A DNA stretch of 59,781 nucleotides, the filler included, from Sluysia triapertura (lineage: Eukaryota): assembly GCA_046118255.1 (NCBI GenBank). It is 4 parts of 4 records of this genome, joined end to end, with 100 filler letters (N's around TTAATTAATTAA, not from the genome) between each part and the next. Parts side by side here need not be neighbours in the genome. Positions count along the whole stretch, not along the records: positions 13,146 to 33,539 come from JBJNIA010024397.1; positions 33,640 to 45,235 come from JBJNIA010183035.1; 2 more parts are not named here. One strand, 5' to 3'. The position numbers were made by a program, and so were the translations under genes. Below the pieces are notes generated by a model. That model ran no database searches. It worked only from the letters and a program-made list of their open reading frames with translations, and was not told the DNA's origin. Below are positions 24,901 through 38,959 of the stretch, one piece after another; within the stretch, counting starts at the first letter, position 1, and the number at the start of each line of letters is the position of its first letter.

Positions 24901-25769
24901 AACGAAATTTGTCTTTATCATGAAGTTTAATAGATTTTGTAAAAAGTTACTGTACTCGTTTTATTTCAAGAGAAACAATTTATGAATTACAATAAAAGAT
25001 AACTAGATAAGTGTTAATGGTAATGCCAAAGAAGAAATACAGATTTATATTTTGGTTTTGATATTAATTGCTACTACTTATAAAAATGGTAGTAGTAGTA
25101 GTAGTAGTAATGATAATAATAATAATTACGATTAGTGATGATCACAATGAATGTGATGATAATGATGACAATTATGACGACGATTATAATGTATTAATTT
25201 TAAGTTCGGTGCTGAATACCCAGAGTTTTATGGGGATATGTGGGGATCTTCATCATTATGCATACTTTGAAGGTGATGCCAAATGTGCGAGGTTTAATGT
25301 CATGATGAGTAGGAGCACTGAACATGTTACTGAACAAAATGCAATTCATATAAATAAAAGTTATGCAGATTTTTATTTGAAATATCCACAACCTGTAAAA
25401 TAAAAGTTATGTTTGTGATTATGGTTGTCATCATGGCGATTTTTCATTTAGATTATTTAAACAATTTCATTCACAAATCGCCCATTTAGATGGTATTGAT
25501 AAGAAATATGAAAGTATATTCACTTTTGATGTTAATTACTGCTACTTATAAAATTGGTAGTAGTAGTAGTAATGATGATAATAATAGTTACAATTATAAA
25601 ATAACATCCACAATAATATATTTAACACTAACATATCTTTTCGTATTTACACGACTAAAAAGTTTATTTTTTTATTATTCTTAATCCAAGTAGAATTTAA
25701 AAACGTTGTAATGAAAATTCACAAGTTAAAACAAATAATCATTTTACACTTTTTCACATTCTTGTATAA

Positions 25770-25930
25770 AGATCGAATTTTATTTCACTTTTTAACTATC
25801 TTCCAAAGACAATTATCGTACATCACATAAGCACTCCATAACTCAGTACAATCTCCAATCTTGGTCTTTTAATTTACAATTTGATTTAACAGACTCATCT
25901 TGGGAGTACACATTTTTCTAGATCACCTAA
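25770..25930 (-). mobile_element. CR1/L2-like LINE reverse transcriptase C-terminal remnant
   Basis: RPRLE, a frameshift, then CTELWSAY resembles the LINE motif RPxLEYCSxVWSPY. Heavily decayed. Confidence 0.4.
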
Positions 25931-27339
25931 TACTCATTTATACATTATTTGTGCAAACTTTCCCAATCATTTTAAGACACAGTGTTATTCATAAAACACT
26001 ATTTCACACCATTCAATTGTTATTTTAGTGACAAAGCAGATAAAACAAAGATCATTTTCAATATTTAGTATCATTCTAAAACTCTCATTACCATAGCTTC
26101 ATAACCTTTAAATTTATTAACACCTTTAAATGTTTAATAATAAAACTTAAGAAATATTATTTAATGATAATAATAATAATAATGTAAATCATGTTTTTAT
26201 TATAAAAATAGTAGCACATTAGTCGAAACATTTTGTTAAATATAAAGTGAATATTGAATATTATTTTACAGAATAATTCAAGGAATTATTATTTTGTTTT
26301 GTGATCTTGCAATGTCTTTTGTAACTTTATTGTAACATTGTACGAATTATTTAATAAATTGCAAGAAGGTAAATTGTAAAAAATTAGTTTTTGCTGTCAC
26401 TGTCAAACCAATAAAGTGTGAATTGGTTGCATTGAATCAAGAAAATTTTAAAATGGTATAAAAGAAAAATAAATTTACAAACATGATTTATTGGCACTTT
26501 AATAAAATATATTTACCGTTAACTTTTACGGAGGGATTTTTATTTTTCTGATATTTATTAAAAATTTTAAAAGCTCGAAATTCAACAAAATTTTTATTTA
26601 ATTGTTTTAAAATTTTAATAGTTAGCCAAACAAAAACTTCAGGCTTAATGCCTTTAACTAATTTTAAAAATATAACCATTAACAATTTAAACAAATTGAC
26701 CTGAATTCTTTTATTAATAAACAAGAAAAACGTAACAAAAATATGCACATAAGAAATATATAATTGCATAAAATATACTTATAATACTTGAAATTTGATA
26801 ATTAATGGATATTGTTCATAGATATTATGAATTAGAATTATAAAAACTAGATAATCTTCAAAACAATTTTTTCTTTTAGAGTTATTTATTATTTGTAAGT
26901 AATAACAAAGATTACCATCTCCTGGAGTTGAATAAAAATATGAACAATTATGTGTAATTGAAAAGTTAGTTAAATTCTCGTATGGATAAAATTCTATCAT
27001 GAAACTATAAAATTTTATTTTAATTTATGCCTAGAATCTTTTCACGAGTAAATTTTAAAAATAAATAATATTAGCGAACATATTGACAATGAAATAAGTT
27101 TTCTACGTTAATTTTAAGTAAGATAAATGAGACTCTTTCAATTTTAATAAAATCGACTCGGTTTAATTTCATTTCCTTCCAAACGTCTACGGCCATGTAC
27201 TATTAATGTACATCAAACTTAATTTCAAAATGTTCATTATCATTGCACAACACTAGAATTACTACTTTTTATTCTTACTGCTACTATTTTGTTTAATTAC
27301 ATGTCTTATGTGTCACTGTGTTATCAATTGAGTCAGTCA

Positions 27340-27720
27340 CAAAAAGATAACTCAGAAAAATAAATATATTTGAAAGAAATTGAAAGGAAACTAAATCAAA
27401 TGATAAATGAATCTAAAATAACAACTAACAAAAAGAACAAATAGATCTGCTCCTTAGCCACATAATGGAAAAAATTTACGATCCAAATCAGTTATAGAAA
27501 AACAAATCAAATTGGCTTTCAAAATTTCTCCATCACATAAGTGTTTTAATCGCTTTTAGTAGTCTACTCCCAGTACGATATACATAAAACCATTCGTGAT
27601 TCATTAAACATCTTTGCTGCAGATCGTATCGGTATTGCTCTAGAATCTTGTAGAAAACTACTTATCAAATCAAGTTATGGTCAAAAAAGGCACACGTTGT
27701 ATTTACAAAATGCGTGTTCA
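27340..27720 (+). mobile_element. Penelope-like element ORF remnants
   Basis: YLKEIERKLNQMINESKIT and PKSVIEKQIKLA resemble Penelope RT N-terminal and thumb/linker (GYP..I...I..A) segments. Confidence 0.4.
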
Positions 27721-29914
27721 AGGACACTTAGTTGATTAACAAATATAATATATTTTACATTGATATTTATTGTATCTTATTAGTCTAATTCTTGTAAACT
27801 ATTTATGAACTTATTGATTTCTTCTTTTTTGTAAATATGCTTTATTTGCGAAAATGATCAGGTAATTAAAGAATTAGAATTTCAGTAAAATAATTAATCA
27901 TAAATAAAAAATCAAGAAGTAGGTTTCGATACGTGTTTAATTAATTTGCAAAATTTAATTTTGATATTAAAAATGTGTATAGCTTGTTATAATCATTAAT
28001 AAATTCTATATTTTGTATGTGAATCTGGCTTCATCTATTATTGTGTTCATTAAGCACTATCCATATATTACAAAGACCTTAAAGTTTCATTTAAATGTTT
28101 ATCAACTGGGATTCTTGAATTAATACTTAATTATTTGAAATGTTTAATAGTACTTATTTTATTGTGAATTCATTTGTCGAGTACAGAGTTATATTTGTTA
28201 AACATTCGTCTAAGATTGCTGAATGGATGTCATTTAATTATTAAAACAACATTGACATAATTTAAAGAAAGAAGCATATGGTGTAATATTGGTTGATTTA
28301 AATGCATGATGGTAAGAGTGTACATTGTAAAATTGTGTAATCCATGTTTAACGATAAACTTATTAATATAACGGTATTTGAAAAATAAGTTTTCTGCATA
28401 AAGTTGTTTACGAGCATTTATAATAATTGAATAATTAGGTTTGATTAAACTTAAAAAGAAATACAAATCATTCATATTAATAGTTTGTTTACTAACTTTG
28501 TAACTTAATGTTTAGACAAAATTTCGCAGCTCAGATTTGTATCACTCTGAATACCGAATACCTTAATTTTATTACACTTTAAAATTGTGTTCTCTTTTTT
28601 TACTTTCATATGTTTCACGCTGGCGCATAAACAATTTTATTACGTTTTGAATTACATTTAAATGAAACAAAATTGATGAAATAAACCAGATAAAAATAAA
28701 CTATAAATGTCTTAAATAAGTATTAAATAATTATTTTTGATAATGCATTTATTAATTTTAAACTATTGCATTAAATTATGGTAACTTATTGATTTTTTAA
28801 TTTTTGATTTAAAATGGCCTTAATTTTTGAAAAAAATTATATTTTTAATTATTATTGTTACTGCTATTATTCGATTATAGAATATTCTTATTTCACTACT
28901 ATTTGATTCATCTGTTTCCATTTTATTAATATGATCGTTTATATTGAAATTGTTTAATTGTGTATTTGTAGTAGGTTGAAATGATGAATTAGTGAAACTA
29001 TCATTATTACAGCTCTGATTATTGCTATTGCGTGAAGATCGAATGTTGTAATTTGTATCTAAATTGTAAGCATTTGTAAGATATACTATTATTACTAGGG
29101 TAAAGAGATTTATGACGATCATGGACATTGATGATGAAATGGTTCAATAAATACTAATATAAAAATTCGGGTAGGGATTAGAAGAATTGAAATGATGTAA
29201 GATAAATTGAGAATAAAATGAATAGAGAACTCCAGATAGAAGAGGTGATAAAAAGAAGGTCGAATTTGATTTGGAAGAGTGAATTGAAGTTCGAAAATTA
29301 TTCGGATTATGGACTTGTGTAAACACATTGTTAGAGCATTGTTTGTTTGAGAATTATCATTGTTATTAAATTAAACGTACAACACTGATATCCAATAGAA
29401 TTGTATAAACAATTTCAATCAGCTGGAATTTCATTTGTTTATAGTCCAATTTTCAGTTAACATCATTTAATTCTTTCTGATATCAAAACCATATAAAATT
29501 TGATTAAGTATTTGTGCTTCTTTAGTTCGTTTTTGTCACACTTTGGAAGGAACTTTTTAATTTTTATAATTATACCTAGTGAATAATAGGGGTGGTTGTG
29601 ATAAATTTAAAATTGTACAATAATTATGATTATTTAAATATTTTTACAATACTAGCGATTATCATATTGTTTAAAAAACAAAAAACTAATATTTTAAAAA
29701 CTCTAAATTTATTAACATTAAAAAAATTTTTAGTAATAATTGATCTTCCTAAATATGCCATGTTCAGCTATGTTTCGGTTACTAAATAAAAATATAAAAT
29801 CAAGTTATGATCATCACAATAATGTGTTTAAATTACTTTAATTTTAACTTATGAGGTTTCTTCAGATTGTATTACCTCTAAGACTATTGTTGATGATGAT
29901 TGTGCAAAGAGATT

Positions 29915-31096
29915 GTAGTAGCTCTTTTACACGGTTCTGATGACTGTTGTAAACCGTCCAGTTCGTTCTTGAGCAGAATGCAAATATTGACAATCAATAC
30001 CATGTTTCTGACAAGTTCCAGAGTGTCGTAAGGGCATAAAGCTGTCTTGTAATATTGATTCAGATTAGACTTCATAAATAAATCATAACACATTGATTTG
30101 AAATTGTCGACTGGTGTAGCTTGTCGAATGTTAATGTCCTGATTATACGTTAGCGGTTCAACTACTTCAATGTTTATTATTTTCTATTCAATTTAGTAAT
30201 AACATTCTGTCAAACAGTTTCGTATTTGTTTAAGTTTCTTTCTGTCATGCTTTCTCGTTTTATTACTAAACTTTGTTGATAGAATTCTTAAATCCCTCAC
30301 TGGATCTTTAAGTAATCGATCGGTCAATATAAAACCTACGCCGTGAATCACTAAATATTGATTAGGACAAAAGGTCTCTCTAATGTAATTAGTGTCCTGA
30401 ATCTGATCATATGTCACTAATATTCTATACAATTGATAAACATTAAGTTCTGTTGGTTGATCATTTGTATTGATAAGATTCGTAAAAGAGATGATATCAG
30501 AAAAAATTTTAAAGATGACATTATTTTATGTATAACCTTAAAATTCAAATGGGAACGTTAAGCAAAAGAGCTGGATGACTCGATTTTGTGAACCATCCGA
30601 CAAGTTGTTGGATTATATTTTTGATGACTTTATTCGTTCGAATAATGTAATTCATATTATTGTCTATCGTTGACATAAACGAATTCATCATGAAAGGAAT
30701 ATATAACATTTCATCACTTTTTGGTAAATCATCTACTTCTTCACATTTTGAAAATATTCCAATAGAACTGTTAATGCTTAATCCAGCTTTTTTGCAGATA
30801 CTGTTGATGAGAGTTCTTGGATCACAAACTTCGCGTCTAATTACATTGAACATACTATCGATGCTGTCCAGGCGAGTGATCATCTGTTCTAGATTTTGAC
30901 GAGTAAATTGTAAATTAGCATTAATGTTGATTTGATTTCTCGGATTATAATGAGATTCTGCTTTAGTTTCAGAATTTCTTTCTATACTACACAGAGCACA
31001 GGCGACATCACGGACACCTAAAATAGTTATTATTGGTCCACTTTTACGATGTTTAGCTAAAGCGTTGACATTAGTAGATTGATTCATTAAATTCAT
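29915..31096 (-). pseudogene. Intronless frameshifted ORF of about 1.2 kb with a C-terminal CCCH zinc finger
   Basis: Three consecutive minus-strand ORF pieces end in YYKTALCPYDT, a frameshift, then GTCQKHGIDCQYLHSAQER, a YKT-type CCCH finger at 29963-30054. Confidence 0.65.
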
Positions 31097-31509
31097 GTAT
31101 GATTCGCTTCATTAATAATTTTTATAAATGTATATTTTCTTTTTGTCTTTTCCAATTATTTTTATAAATGCTTAACAAAAAAACTGACAAATTTTCTGCA
31201 TATTGTGATTGGCTACCAAATCAAATCGAAAGAGATTAACAATATTAATAATTCTGGTTCGGTAGTCAGCACAATATTAATTAACAAAGACAAATACAAC
31301 ATTTAATGAACTGTCATCGTAATCACCATCAATAGTGACACTAAACCATACATATGAATTAAAAGTGTCGCCATTGATGGTGGTAGCTACGAAATTAAAT
31401 AATCGAACAATTAAATATGGTCATAATAATAATAATCATAATCATAATAATAATCATAATTTAGTTGATGATCTTTTTGATTACTCTGTTTTGAAATAAT
31501 TCTATGATG

Positions 31510-31790
31510 CGATTTTTTTTATTTTCGATGATCAAGAAGATTGAGTGTTTAGAAATTATGGACTTGAAATGTTTTGGATTAGTTTTGAATGTATATTTGA
31601 TGGTTTTGAATAAGGTAAAGTTTGAATATTAGAAGATTATGACTTAAAAATTTATTGAAAAGAGAGCGGTTTAGTGGATGTGAAGAAGATAAATTATAGT
31701 CTAGATTTTGGTATATTCTAAAAATATAATTGTGCAATGTTTTGGAATGCAAAAAGGTTTTACTATGTCTGAGAAAGTGAGATATAAGAT
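31510..31790 (-). mobile_element. Possible Penelope-like linker remnant
   Basis: Strand-asymmetric decayed coding sequence with QTLPYSKPSNIHSKLIQNI (LPY motif). Confidence 0.3.
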
Positions 31791-33539
31791 GTAAGAAAAT
31801 GGGATGTTTTGTGTAGATTTGTTGTTATTGTTATTGGAAAAGAGACACGTACTAAAACACACCGTGATATATTAAGTGAAAAGAATATTTTCATCTAGCA
31901 ACTTTCACTCGACCTTCTAATGTCCTTTGAATAAAGCGAATTTATGCTTTATACCCATATCTGGAAATATGTAATTCATTTTCCATATAGCGAAAAGAAA
32001 TATTTATTTAGTGATATCACTTTAATAAACTATTTTCACATCTTCAACTGATCCACTTGCCACACTTTCTAATTAATGCTTCATTTTTCTTATTGTGGCT
32101 TCATTCTTGAAATAGAGTTTAGCTACATTATGTAGAAAGTCTAATATTTTAATTTTGTTTTCTAAAAAATGACTTTTGTTTTGGCTTGGTAAAACATTAA
32201 CTAAATTATAAAAATGTTTAACAAATAATCGATAAATGTGAAGTTTTAAAGAACCATGTAAACGAGAAATCTTGTGACTGAAGTAACGTGTAAATTGAAA
32301 AATAAGTGTATTGTAAACTGAAGACTGCTTTCATAGAAATAATTTTATTGCGAAAATTATTTCTAAATTTATAAATATGTGATTATATTAGATTTCGACA
32401 AATAACAATTTATGATAAAATTAATTATAAAATAAATTTAATTATGATAAAATTAAAATAAATTATCAGAAAAGGTTTCAAAATCCTCAAATTGAATATA
32501 TTGAAGCACAAATAGGTTTTACGCTTTTGGAATTGACATTTTAATATCGGCATTAATGATGGAATTAACTGCATTTAGTAAAATTTTAAATTGTTTATTT
32601 CTAAAATAAGTTTAATAGTATAAATTTGAAATATTAAATTCAGACATTATTAAAACATTTTTAATATTAACATATCTAAACAATTTTGTTAATCGATAAA
32701 GTATTATTAAGAATTAATTTATTTTAATTTAAATTGTAATAATTTGTTTTAGAAAGCTTTTTCAAATTTATTGATGAAAAACGAACACCAGAAATAAAAT
32801 TTAATTTGTATTTTATTCTTATTCAATTATACTTTTTAGTTTAATTAATTTTTATTAATATTTAAGAATATATTGTACTATTATTGGTCTCAAAATAAAT
32901 ATAAATTTAATTTTTTTAATAGAAATTTAAGACACTTTATTTTTTGATTATTTAAAACTAGTTTCATCTGAAATAATTAAAAATGTATTTTGATAAAATT
33001 TGAGAAAAATATCATTAAAATTCTTTCTAACTTGAAAGTATTATTATGCGTTTTAGAGGTTTACAACGTAATGGATGGTAGTGCTAATAAAAATGCTTAA
33101 AGTGTTTGAGCACATTTGTAAAATGCTACAATATTTAAACTATAAAATTATAATAAAATATATTGTCATTATATTCACAATATAATGTATTATTTTAAAG
33201 TACAAACATTTATTTTATTATTTAAAACGATATTATTGACATAGATCTTTTTATTTAATTTGTTTGTTTAAAGTATCGATTTCATTCCTAATAAAACAAA
33301 CTCTCTTGACTAAATAAATGATGCATTTTAATTTTATTAACTTATACAGTCTTAGATATTGTTGTAATAGCAACTTAAATAAATTAGAGAAGTTAAGTTA
33401 AATTGTAGTTTCATTCAAACACAGTTTAAAAAATTGTTGATTGCATTTTTTACATAAAAATCCTTTTTAGTACGTATAACTGATTGAAGAAGAACGTGAA
33501 AGAATTCTTATTTACATTGAGTGAGGATATTCGAAAGTC

Positions 33540-33639
33540 NNNNNNNNNNNNNNNNNNNNNNNNNNNNNNNNNNNNNNNNNNNNTTAATTAATTAANNNNN
33601 NNNNNNNNNNNNNNNNNNNNNNNNNNNNNNNNNNNNNNN
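33540..33639. other. Scaffolding linker
   Basis: N run, TTAATTAATTAA, N run. Confidence 0.97.
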
Positions 33640-33771
33640 ATCTACTACAATAAACGTGAAGCGTCAACACATTTAAAATAGTTTTTCAAATATATTTTGT
33701 TTCTTTGTTAGGTCGCGGGAAATATTCGAGTCACAAATTGGGTCGTGAATAAAAATTAGTGAGAATCCCTG
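33640..33771 (-). mobile_element. hAT (Charlie/Buster-like) MITE, partial copy truncated by the gap
   Basis: Near-identical reverse complement of 42979-43110. The terminus CAGGGATTC is flanked by ATCTAGAT, matching the NTCTAGAN Charlie target preference. Confidence 0.8.
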
Positions 33772-34806
33772 ATCTAGATGCTTTCACCTTCACCACTCTG
33801 ATTCCTTTATCTATTTTTTTATGTTAATTATTAATGTATCAAATTTGATGTTGTTTCCTAATGAAAGTTTACAATAATTAAAGTAAACTTTAAATTCATT
33901 ATTAAAGTTTAGTTATAATTTGGCGACGTATTTAAACCGTCGTAAAAATGTAGTTATTGATTTTAAACGGAAATGTTAATCTGATATTAAATCAGATGAA
34001 ATCCTATAAAAATAAAACTAATTGACATATGAATAAAATTTTTTAATATAGTACTTAAATTGAGTCGTAAATTTTGTCGAAAAAATTAAAATAATGAAGT
34101 CTAACAAAAATGATTTCAGCCTAAATTAGATTAATTTAAAATTGTTGCAAAAAATTTCTCAAACATTTTAAAGAGTTCAAATAATTTACAAGGTTACTCA
34201 AAGGTTGTAAAGACTTATGAAGGTTTCAAATAGTAACAAATTTAATATCATTAATATTAAATTAGATGCCAGATTTAAACTTAAGAATTAAGTGTATTTT
34301 GTCAACACAAAATGTTAATAATAAGGATTATTAAAATGTATAAGCCATATGGGCTCAAATTGAAATTCAAAAACATAATACCAGACTCCTTCCTGAAAAA
34401 TTTTGATTTAAATTATCAAAATTATTATAATAATTATTAATGAAAATAATTATTACATTATTATTAACCAAAATAACTGTTGAATAATATTTTAATTGAT
34501 AATTCCAATTTTTTCATTTACATATTTAGACTTTTCAATTAATACTTAATTAACATAATATAATTTTATTTTGTTTTACTATTTGAAGCCAAATCACTAA
34601 TTTAAAAATGCCATATTCATTTATGAATTTAATCAATTTTTTATTTAGTCATAAACAAAAATTAAATTTATTTCTATTTCAATTACCAAATTGTTTTCGG
34701 TATTAATAATTATTAAATTATCTAATCAATCATTTTAAATTTTTTGTATGCATAATCTTGTTTTCGTTAATAATTATTAAGCGATATTAAAAATCAATTG
34801 CTAAAT

Positions 34807-35103
34807 ATGAATCCTGAAACAGTATTAAGTCAAAATCAAACATCGGATGCTAATGATTCATCTGAAAGTCCCAATCCTGAAGGACTTTCTCCAGAACAAC
34901 CAAATTCAACGCAACCTTTAATTAATGCTGAATGGGTTTTTAAACATCTAAATCCAGATACGCCAAATATGCGTGCTCTTTATCCGGATTTGTTTCGTCA
35001 GCAAAATGAAGCATATTTTGTGGATGAGAAAATTTTGCTGGATTACATTGCAACGAAGCAACAAGAAGAATCTGTATATGACTGTTTCTTAAATCCATTT
35101 TAA
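34807..35103 (+). CDS. Probable first coding exon or small gene, possibly APC15-like
   Basis: Clean 98-codon ORF with coding-like composition. MRALYPDLFRQQNEAYFVDEKILLDYIATKQQEES weakly resembles the ANAPC15 N-terminus ([23 protein letters not shown]...QQQEQQ). There is a possible GTATAT donor after EES. Confidence 0.5.
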   Translation: MNPETVLSQNQTSDANDSSESPNPEGLSPEQPNSTQPLINAEWVFKHLNPDTPNMRALYPDLFRQQNEAYFVDEKILLDYIATKQQEESVYDCFLNPF

Positions 35104-36754
35104 TTTGTAACTTAAATTCATTATTTCGACTTTGAAATAATAACTCATATGTATTAATTTTAAAGATTTAATATTAATTTATCTCATTTTTGTATTATAT
35201 ATGCAAATAAAATTATACGAATTTTGTTTCAAGATTGATTGTAACGGGCTATTGTCTTCTACCATATGTAAATTTATCTATGTTCCTTTTCGTTTTCTAT
35301 TGTAGTAAAAAGAACTAAAATAAATAGTTAATCATTCACATTTCACTATTAAAGTCGATTAGATATTAGGTATGTGCATGTCAGGTCGTCAAGGATATAA
35401 TTTGTAGAAAAAGACAAAGTTGGTTTAAAACATACAAATAAAGGTAATGTTTACATATTTCTGCCATTTAAGTGGCAAGTTCGGGTTGGTGGAATGAATT
35501 TCAAGAAAACCAATTTTGTAGCATTTCAGAATTAAATTGTTTTCTAACTAGTATGCGGAGAATATGGAATAAGTGAGCTTCCAAACACTTTTGTTTCAGT
35601 TCTGCAAGTATTTTCTTTGTTTAACTTAATTTAGACTTAACCTTGCACTTACAAAATGCTTAATCAGAGGGTTGATTCGTTCAACAAGAACGATTTATAG
35701 AAACTTTAAAATTAGTCAAATTATATTTGAAACAACATTAAGTTATACAGTAAACTTATCAAAGCTTATCGATATTTATAATAAAACAATAATGTTTATT
35801 AACATTAAGATAGAGTTTAAGATTACATTTAAAATAATCTTCAAAAAATGTGTGATTTTACTTTCTTTAAAAAGTGGATTTATAAACTTTAAAGTTCGGC
35901 GGAAATTACATCCAGAAGTGTATATATTCGGAATATCAAAGATGATAAAATCGTTACTGGTTTGAGAATCGTTTCAAATTAAATAAAAATAAAAATGAAT
36001 TTATGTACATTTAATTGTTGCTAGTTAAGGAAACATTTTAGTTATTTGAGAAAGTTTTTCAACGACGAATTAAAAGTGTTCACGATAACTCATAATTATT
36101 AGTTAACAGTTTGATTAAACAAATTAAAATGAAAATAAGTGTATTAAATTTTTAATAAAATCTTATAGTTATTATTATTATTTTTATTATTATTATTATT
36201 TTATTTCTAATATGATTTTTATCACTACTGGATCGAATAAACGGATATGCTGTTTTTATAGATTTAATAAAAGTTGTTCCGATTTTGGATGATAAATTTC
36301 TTTGTTTTTGCTATTATATAATTGAAATAAATTTTCAAAAACAGATTAGTTAATTAAAAGTAATTGATATTTCAGATTTCCTATTTGAATAAACAAATAA
36401 TAACTAATAGAATGTAATATGTATTTATTTTGTTTTAAATGAATAATTATTTTATATTGCTCAAATTTTTAATGCTTTAATATGATTTGATTTCTTATTT
36501 TCAATGAATATTACTTTGAAATTATAATTTATTCGCGATTAGTACTTATTTAGCTTATTTTTTAAAATTTAATTGGCTGTTTTATGCAACAACAGAGAGT
36601 GAAATTTAAATATTAAAAGAGTTCAAATCAATAATTATGAACCAATCAGAAATAGTGCTAAAATATTTTTCAAATCTTATTTCTAATATTTGGCGACATA
36701 ATACATGTTAGTACAGTAGCGTTCTGCAGTGGTGGCCAAACTATTTCTTAATAT

Positions 36755-36992
36755 TTGCTACCCTGGCCTAGAAATTCTCCAGACATGATGAATCCCATAG
36801 AAAATTAGTGGGAGATTGTCAAAAGGAGAGTTTCTACCTATAAACCAACCACTAGGACGGAACTTATTGAAACCCTGATAAAATTATGGCATTACGATGA
36901 CGAGATCAAATACTTGTGCACTAAGCTCGTCCGTGGCATGCCTTTAAGGATCAGGAAATTATTGGCTAAGAAAAGAGGGCAAACAAAGTATA
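36755..36992 (+). mobile_element. Tc1-family (DD34E) transposase C-terminal fragment
   Basis: LLPWPRNSPDMMNPIEN*WEIVKRRV...LVRGMPLRIRKLLAKKRGQTKY matches WPxNSPDLNPIENLW...GGxTKY. Confidence 0.9.
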
Positions 36993-38959
36993 CTGATAGA
37001 ACAGTTTGTACATATTTGATTTGTAGTAAATTGTGTTATCAGATTCTACATGAATAAAATTTCTGTATGTTTTGGATCTCATTATTTTTATCTATATTTT
37101 ACTTTCACGAGATTTTTTGGAGAAAGTAGTTATTTTCCAACATTTTACATTATCCGTGACAATGTTTTTATGCACATTGATTAATAGTTTCATAGTATCC
37201 TTGAAAAATGCTGAATTTTATCACAAAAATGGTCTTTAGTCTAATAATTTGGCTACCACTGTATCTCTCAGAATTAGACTTTAAAACGCACAATACTATT
37301 AAGTTTCAATTGTGCGACATAAAGATTCACTTCGCGATCCACTATGACATTTTTTTATCTTCTATGTTCAATGATATCCATTCGGGTTAATTTATTTTCA
37401 TTCGAAACATAATTTCTAAATGTTATACTTCGTCACACAATATACAATTTTAAACTGATTGCATTAGAAAGATTTAAATGTATTGTTAAACATTAGTACC
37501 ATAATTTAATTTTATTAAAATATCGAGTTTTCAAATTGAGAAATAAAGACAAACAGATATTAACATATTAACATCGAACGAGACAGTAGAATATATGCTT
37601 ACATTATGTGAATAAATGAATGTAACAAGTTCTGAAAGTAACATTTTAAACACTTGTACGAATAGTTTGTACGAAGAAAGTAACTAGTACGAATAGTTTG
37701 TGTTAGTAATGCTTGCAAAATAAGAAATACTTTTTACTAAGCAACTTTCAAAAATAGAAAATTCGGGCAAATAAATGTTTTTAGAAAGAGGACCTTATAA
37801 ATCTTGAAAATGTGAAAAGCGACCTCAACACTCAAACATAAATCTTGTCTGATTCGAATATATCACAGCCATTACTGCTTATTGGCTTCGAATGAATTTA
37901 TGATGTATATTAGTTTCTATACAATTTATTTTTATATTTATATTACCAAAAATTTTAAAAAACGACGAAAATGTTTTATAAGCTTAGAACTATTAAAATT
38001 CGACTTATGGTCTTTAACAAAACAAAATGCGAATAAATTAAGCAGTGCAATCGCATTGAAGCCATGAAATTATATATTAAACCATAAAATAACATGAATT
38101 ACAAAATAACATACTTTAACAAATACCCAAAACACGAATAACGATACCAAAATAATATAAAGAATAAACACAAAGTTAATAATTACAGAAGTTTTAATCT
38201 AAGTGCTCCAAAGAAAGTAGCAATAAATTTATCTCTAAAAGTATGTAATCGGTCAATTGAGACGAGATGCGATAATACAATCCATAGTTACGAGGGGATT
38301 TATGATAATTGTTATAATAATACATGGTCTGTTACACAAAACATTTCTAACAAGTATGTTCCTCAATTTAAATTTTAAATCTTGTGTTCTATATTTCGTA
38401 TTATATTCATTAATTTTATGTTTCACGTTTAATTCGTTATTTTTATCACATAAATTCAGTCTATATTTTAGTAAACAATTTTCGTAAATATTTTGAAATT
38501 GTTGTGAAGTAAATGAAACACGTAAAATTTTATATTGTGAAATTTTATAAAATACCTTCACTAAATCAGAATCAAAGATTTTTATACTATATAAACATTG
38601 TAATTTTTTACTCTTTCTAATGCATTATATAATTGTTTATTCATATTTACACTAAATGTTGATCTATTATTATTAATTATTTTTAATTCGTGTGATTTAC
38701 ATGATGCACATTCACTCGCTTTAAAGTTTTTCGTTACCTCATCAATTGACTCACTGAAATATGATGTCAAGTAATAATCTTAGTATCACTAATCTTAACT
38801 GTTGCCACTACAATATTCGTAAATAATATTATAACCAATATATGTAAAACAAAACTTCCGCTTCAGTACAAAGCCAAATAAAAATACATATAAAAATAAG
38901 TGTTATGAGATTATTAAATAAATTGGTTCATAAATGTTAAAATGTAAAAGTACATATAT

